Below are positions 61,944 to 64,000 of a DNA stretch of 64,000 nt, in pieces (the stretch's first letter is position 1; every line of letters starts with the position of its first letter). This stretch comes from Basidiobolus meristosporus CBS 931.73 (Eukaryota > Fungi > Basidiobolomycota), in the NCBI GenBank assembly GCA_002104905.1, contig MCFE01000143.1, positions 1-64,000 on the forward strand, in the 5' to 3' direction. The notes beneath the pieces are model-generated. The model saw only the letters and a program-made list of their open reading frames with translations. It was not told the DNA's origin and did not search any database. Both the position numbers and the translations under genes were made by a program.

Positions 61944-64000
61944 TGTTGTAAGAGTCTTGGAGATATTGGAAGTGATTTGGGAGAACAAGTAGATTATGTG
62001 GTTTTCACTTAATGATTTATTGAATGTAAAAGTTGTATTAATACTTTTCCCTGGTCTTGGCATTACAAACACGTAGAATAGGCTAAGAAGGTCCCAAGAA
62101 GATGTGTGCAAAGTTTGGGGCCGTTGGGACAACTTTGAGAATTCTCATGTTCTGGGTAACTGGTATTTTGGTGAAAATATTCTATGTAAATCCCAACAAG
62201 GAATTTGGTCAGTATTCTCTAGAATTTGAAGGTGATGATGTAAGTGACTAAGTTAGGTGAATATTTAGGTGGAAATACAAATTTTTACAACACTCCCACT
62301 CAGCTAAATGTTCATACTAACTAGTCCTAATTTTGACCTAAGATATTCAAACTTGTCTCTGGCTAATGGTTTGGTAAATATGTCTGCAATCATTTCATCT
62401 GTAGGACAGTAAGCTAAGCTAACTAAGTTATTCTATATAGCTTCACGTATGAAATGATGTCTAATATCTATGTGCTTGGTTCTAGCATGAAAAGTTGAAT
62501 TTCTACCTAATTGTATACATCCTTGATTATCTTGAAATAAAGTAATAGGCATTTTTTGACATAGGCCTAATTCTGTAAAAGCTTTCTTAACCACATTGCT
62601 TCTTTTGTAGCTTCACAGGCTGCCATGTACTCTGCCTCTGTGGTAGAGAGTACTATGGTTGATTGCTGTCTTGAATTCCATGAAATTGCTCCTTTACAGT
62701 AAAGAAAGGTGTATCCTGTGGTGGATCTTCTGTCTTGTAGATTTTGTCCCCAATCAGCATCAGAGTATCCCACAAGATCCTGTTCTGAATCCTTATGAGT
62801 GTATCTTACGCAGATATCAGCAGTTCCTTTTAGGTATCTAAAGATCCGCTTAACTCCTGCAATATGATCAGATCCATAGTTCTGATTATGTTGGCTGACA
62901 ACTCCCACTGAATATGAGATACCTGGACATGTTCCAAGCATGATATACATCAGACTGCTGAGCATAGACTGATAAGTAAAGTCAGGGCTTTCAGATGGCA
63001 CCAAGCTCTCTTGATTTGGTTGAGTTTTGACCAAGTCAAGGTTTGTCTCCATTGGGGTAGCTGCCAGTTTACAGTCTTCCATTTGGTACTTCTTTAGTAT
63101 ATCTTGAATAGACTTGGATTGGCTTAGGGTGATAGTCAGGGTACTTCTGTCTATGGAGAACTTGATCCCAAAGTAGTAATTAAGTTCTCCTAGATCAAAC
63201 ATCTTGAGCTCCTTTGATAGGCTGGATTTAGTCTCTTCCAATATTTCTAGGTTATTGGTGGCTATAATAAGATCATCCACGTATAGAGCTAATAGAACTG
63301 GATTTACTCTATCTGGCTTATAGTACATACTATAGTCAGCATTACTCCTTTTGAAACTCAAAGATTCCAAATAAGAATCTATCTTGCAACTCCAGGCTCT
63401 TGGTGATTATTTGAGACCATGTAGTGACTTTTTAAGCTTGCAGACCAAATGGGGGTTATCTTGGACAACAAACCCATCAGGCTGGTCCATATACACATGT
63501 CCTCATCAAGTTCTCCATTCAAAAATGCAGCTTTTACATCCATTTGATGAATAAAAAACTTATATTCGGCTGCAATAGCCAATATTAATCTGATGGAATT
63601 AAACTTGGCTACCGGTGCAAAGGTCTCAGTATAGTCAAGTCCTTGTGTTTGAGAGTATCCTTTGGCTACAAGTCTTGCTTTGTATCTTTCAACTGTACCA
63701 TTGGCCTTGTATTTTTTCTTGAAGACCCATCTGTATCCAATTGATTTTTGGTTGATTGGTAATTTGACTAAGTCCCAAGTTTGATATTCCATCAGGGCCT
63801 GATATTCCTCAGTCATTGCAGATCTCCAAAACTTTGTCTGAGGGCTCTTTAGGGCCTCATTTACAGTCTGGGGCTCATCAATATGGACTGAATAGGCATA
63901 GGCTAAGCTTGTACCCTCATTGATATAGTAATTTGGGCTATTTCTTGTCCGATTGGATCTCTGGGCATTTGATACTGGAATGATCACTTCTGAGATATTC
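61944..64000 (-). mobile_element. 3' part of a Ty1/copia retrotransposon (RT-RNase H, PPT, 349-bp 3' LTR 61944-62292), continuing beyond the window
   Basis: RT motifs RYKARLVAKGYSQTQGLDYTETFAPV, HQMDVKAAFLNG and LYVDDL. RNase H motifs GYSDADW...RRSTTGY, DNQG and TKHIDIRHHFIRE. PPT GAGTGGGAG abuts the LTR TGTTG. At least three frameshifts or stops. Confidence 0.95.

Overview
Eukaryotic, fungal-type genomic DNA with short GT-AG introns (mostly 54-75 nt). By inference it comes from an early-diverging, non-Dikarya fungus, given the SAM-kinesin-13 and the gene and intron style. The 0-44.4 kb part is mostly housekeeping genes: TFB2, an Ssh4/Ear1-like SPRY adaptor, UDP-glucose dehydrogenase, kinesin-13, ataxin-10, RPL29, PP1, RPL25, VPS5, VMA22, CCR4, dephospho-CoA kinase, a PPR protein and PCT1. 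It is interrupted by a CpG-poor cluster of copia-family LTRs at 6.9-9.1 kb. The 45.5-58.0 kb part is a head-to-tail array of seven proteinase K-like subtilisin (S8A) copies: two intact, three each broken by a single +1 base that looks like a consensus artefact, and two deleted pseudogenes. The 59-64 kb part is a nest of degenerate Ty1/copia elements. The best candidates for novelty are (1) a 6-exon, 621-aa gene fusing a probably inactive NUDT2-like Nudix domain, tandem TIS11-type CCCH fingers and an eIF5/eIF2B-epsilon-type W2 domain, and (2) a tandem pair of related orphan microprotein genes at 11.2-12.3 kb. No CRISPR, rRNA or tRNA was found. All calls rest on motif recognition by eye; no database searches were run.
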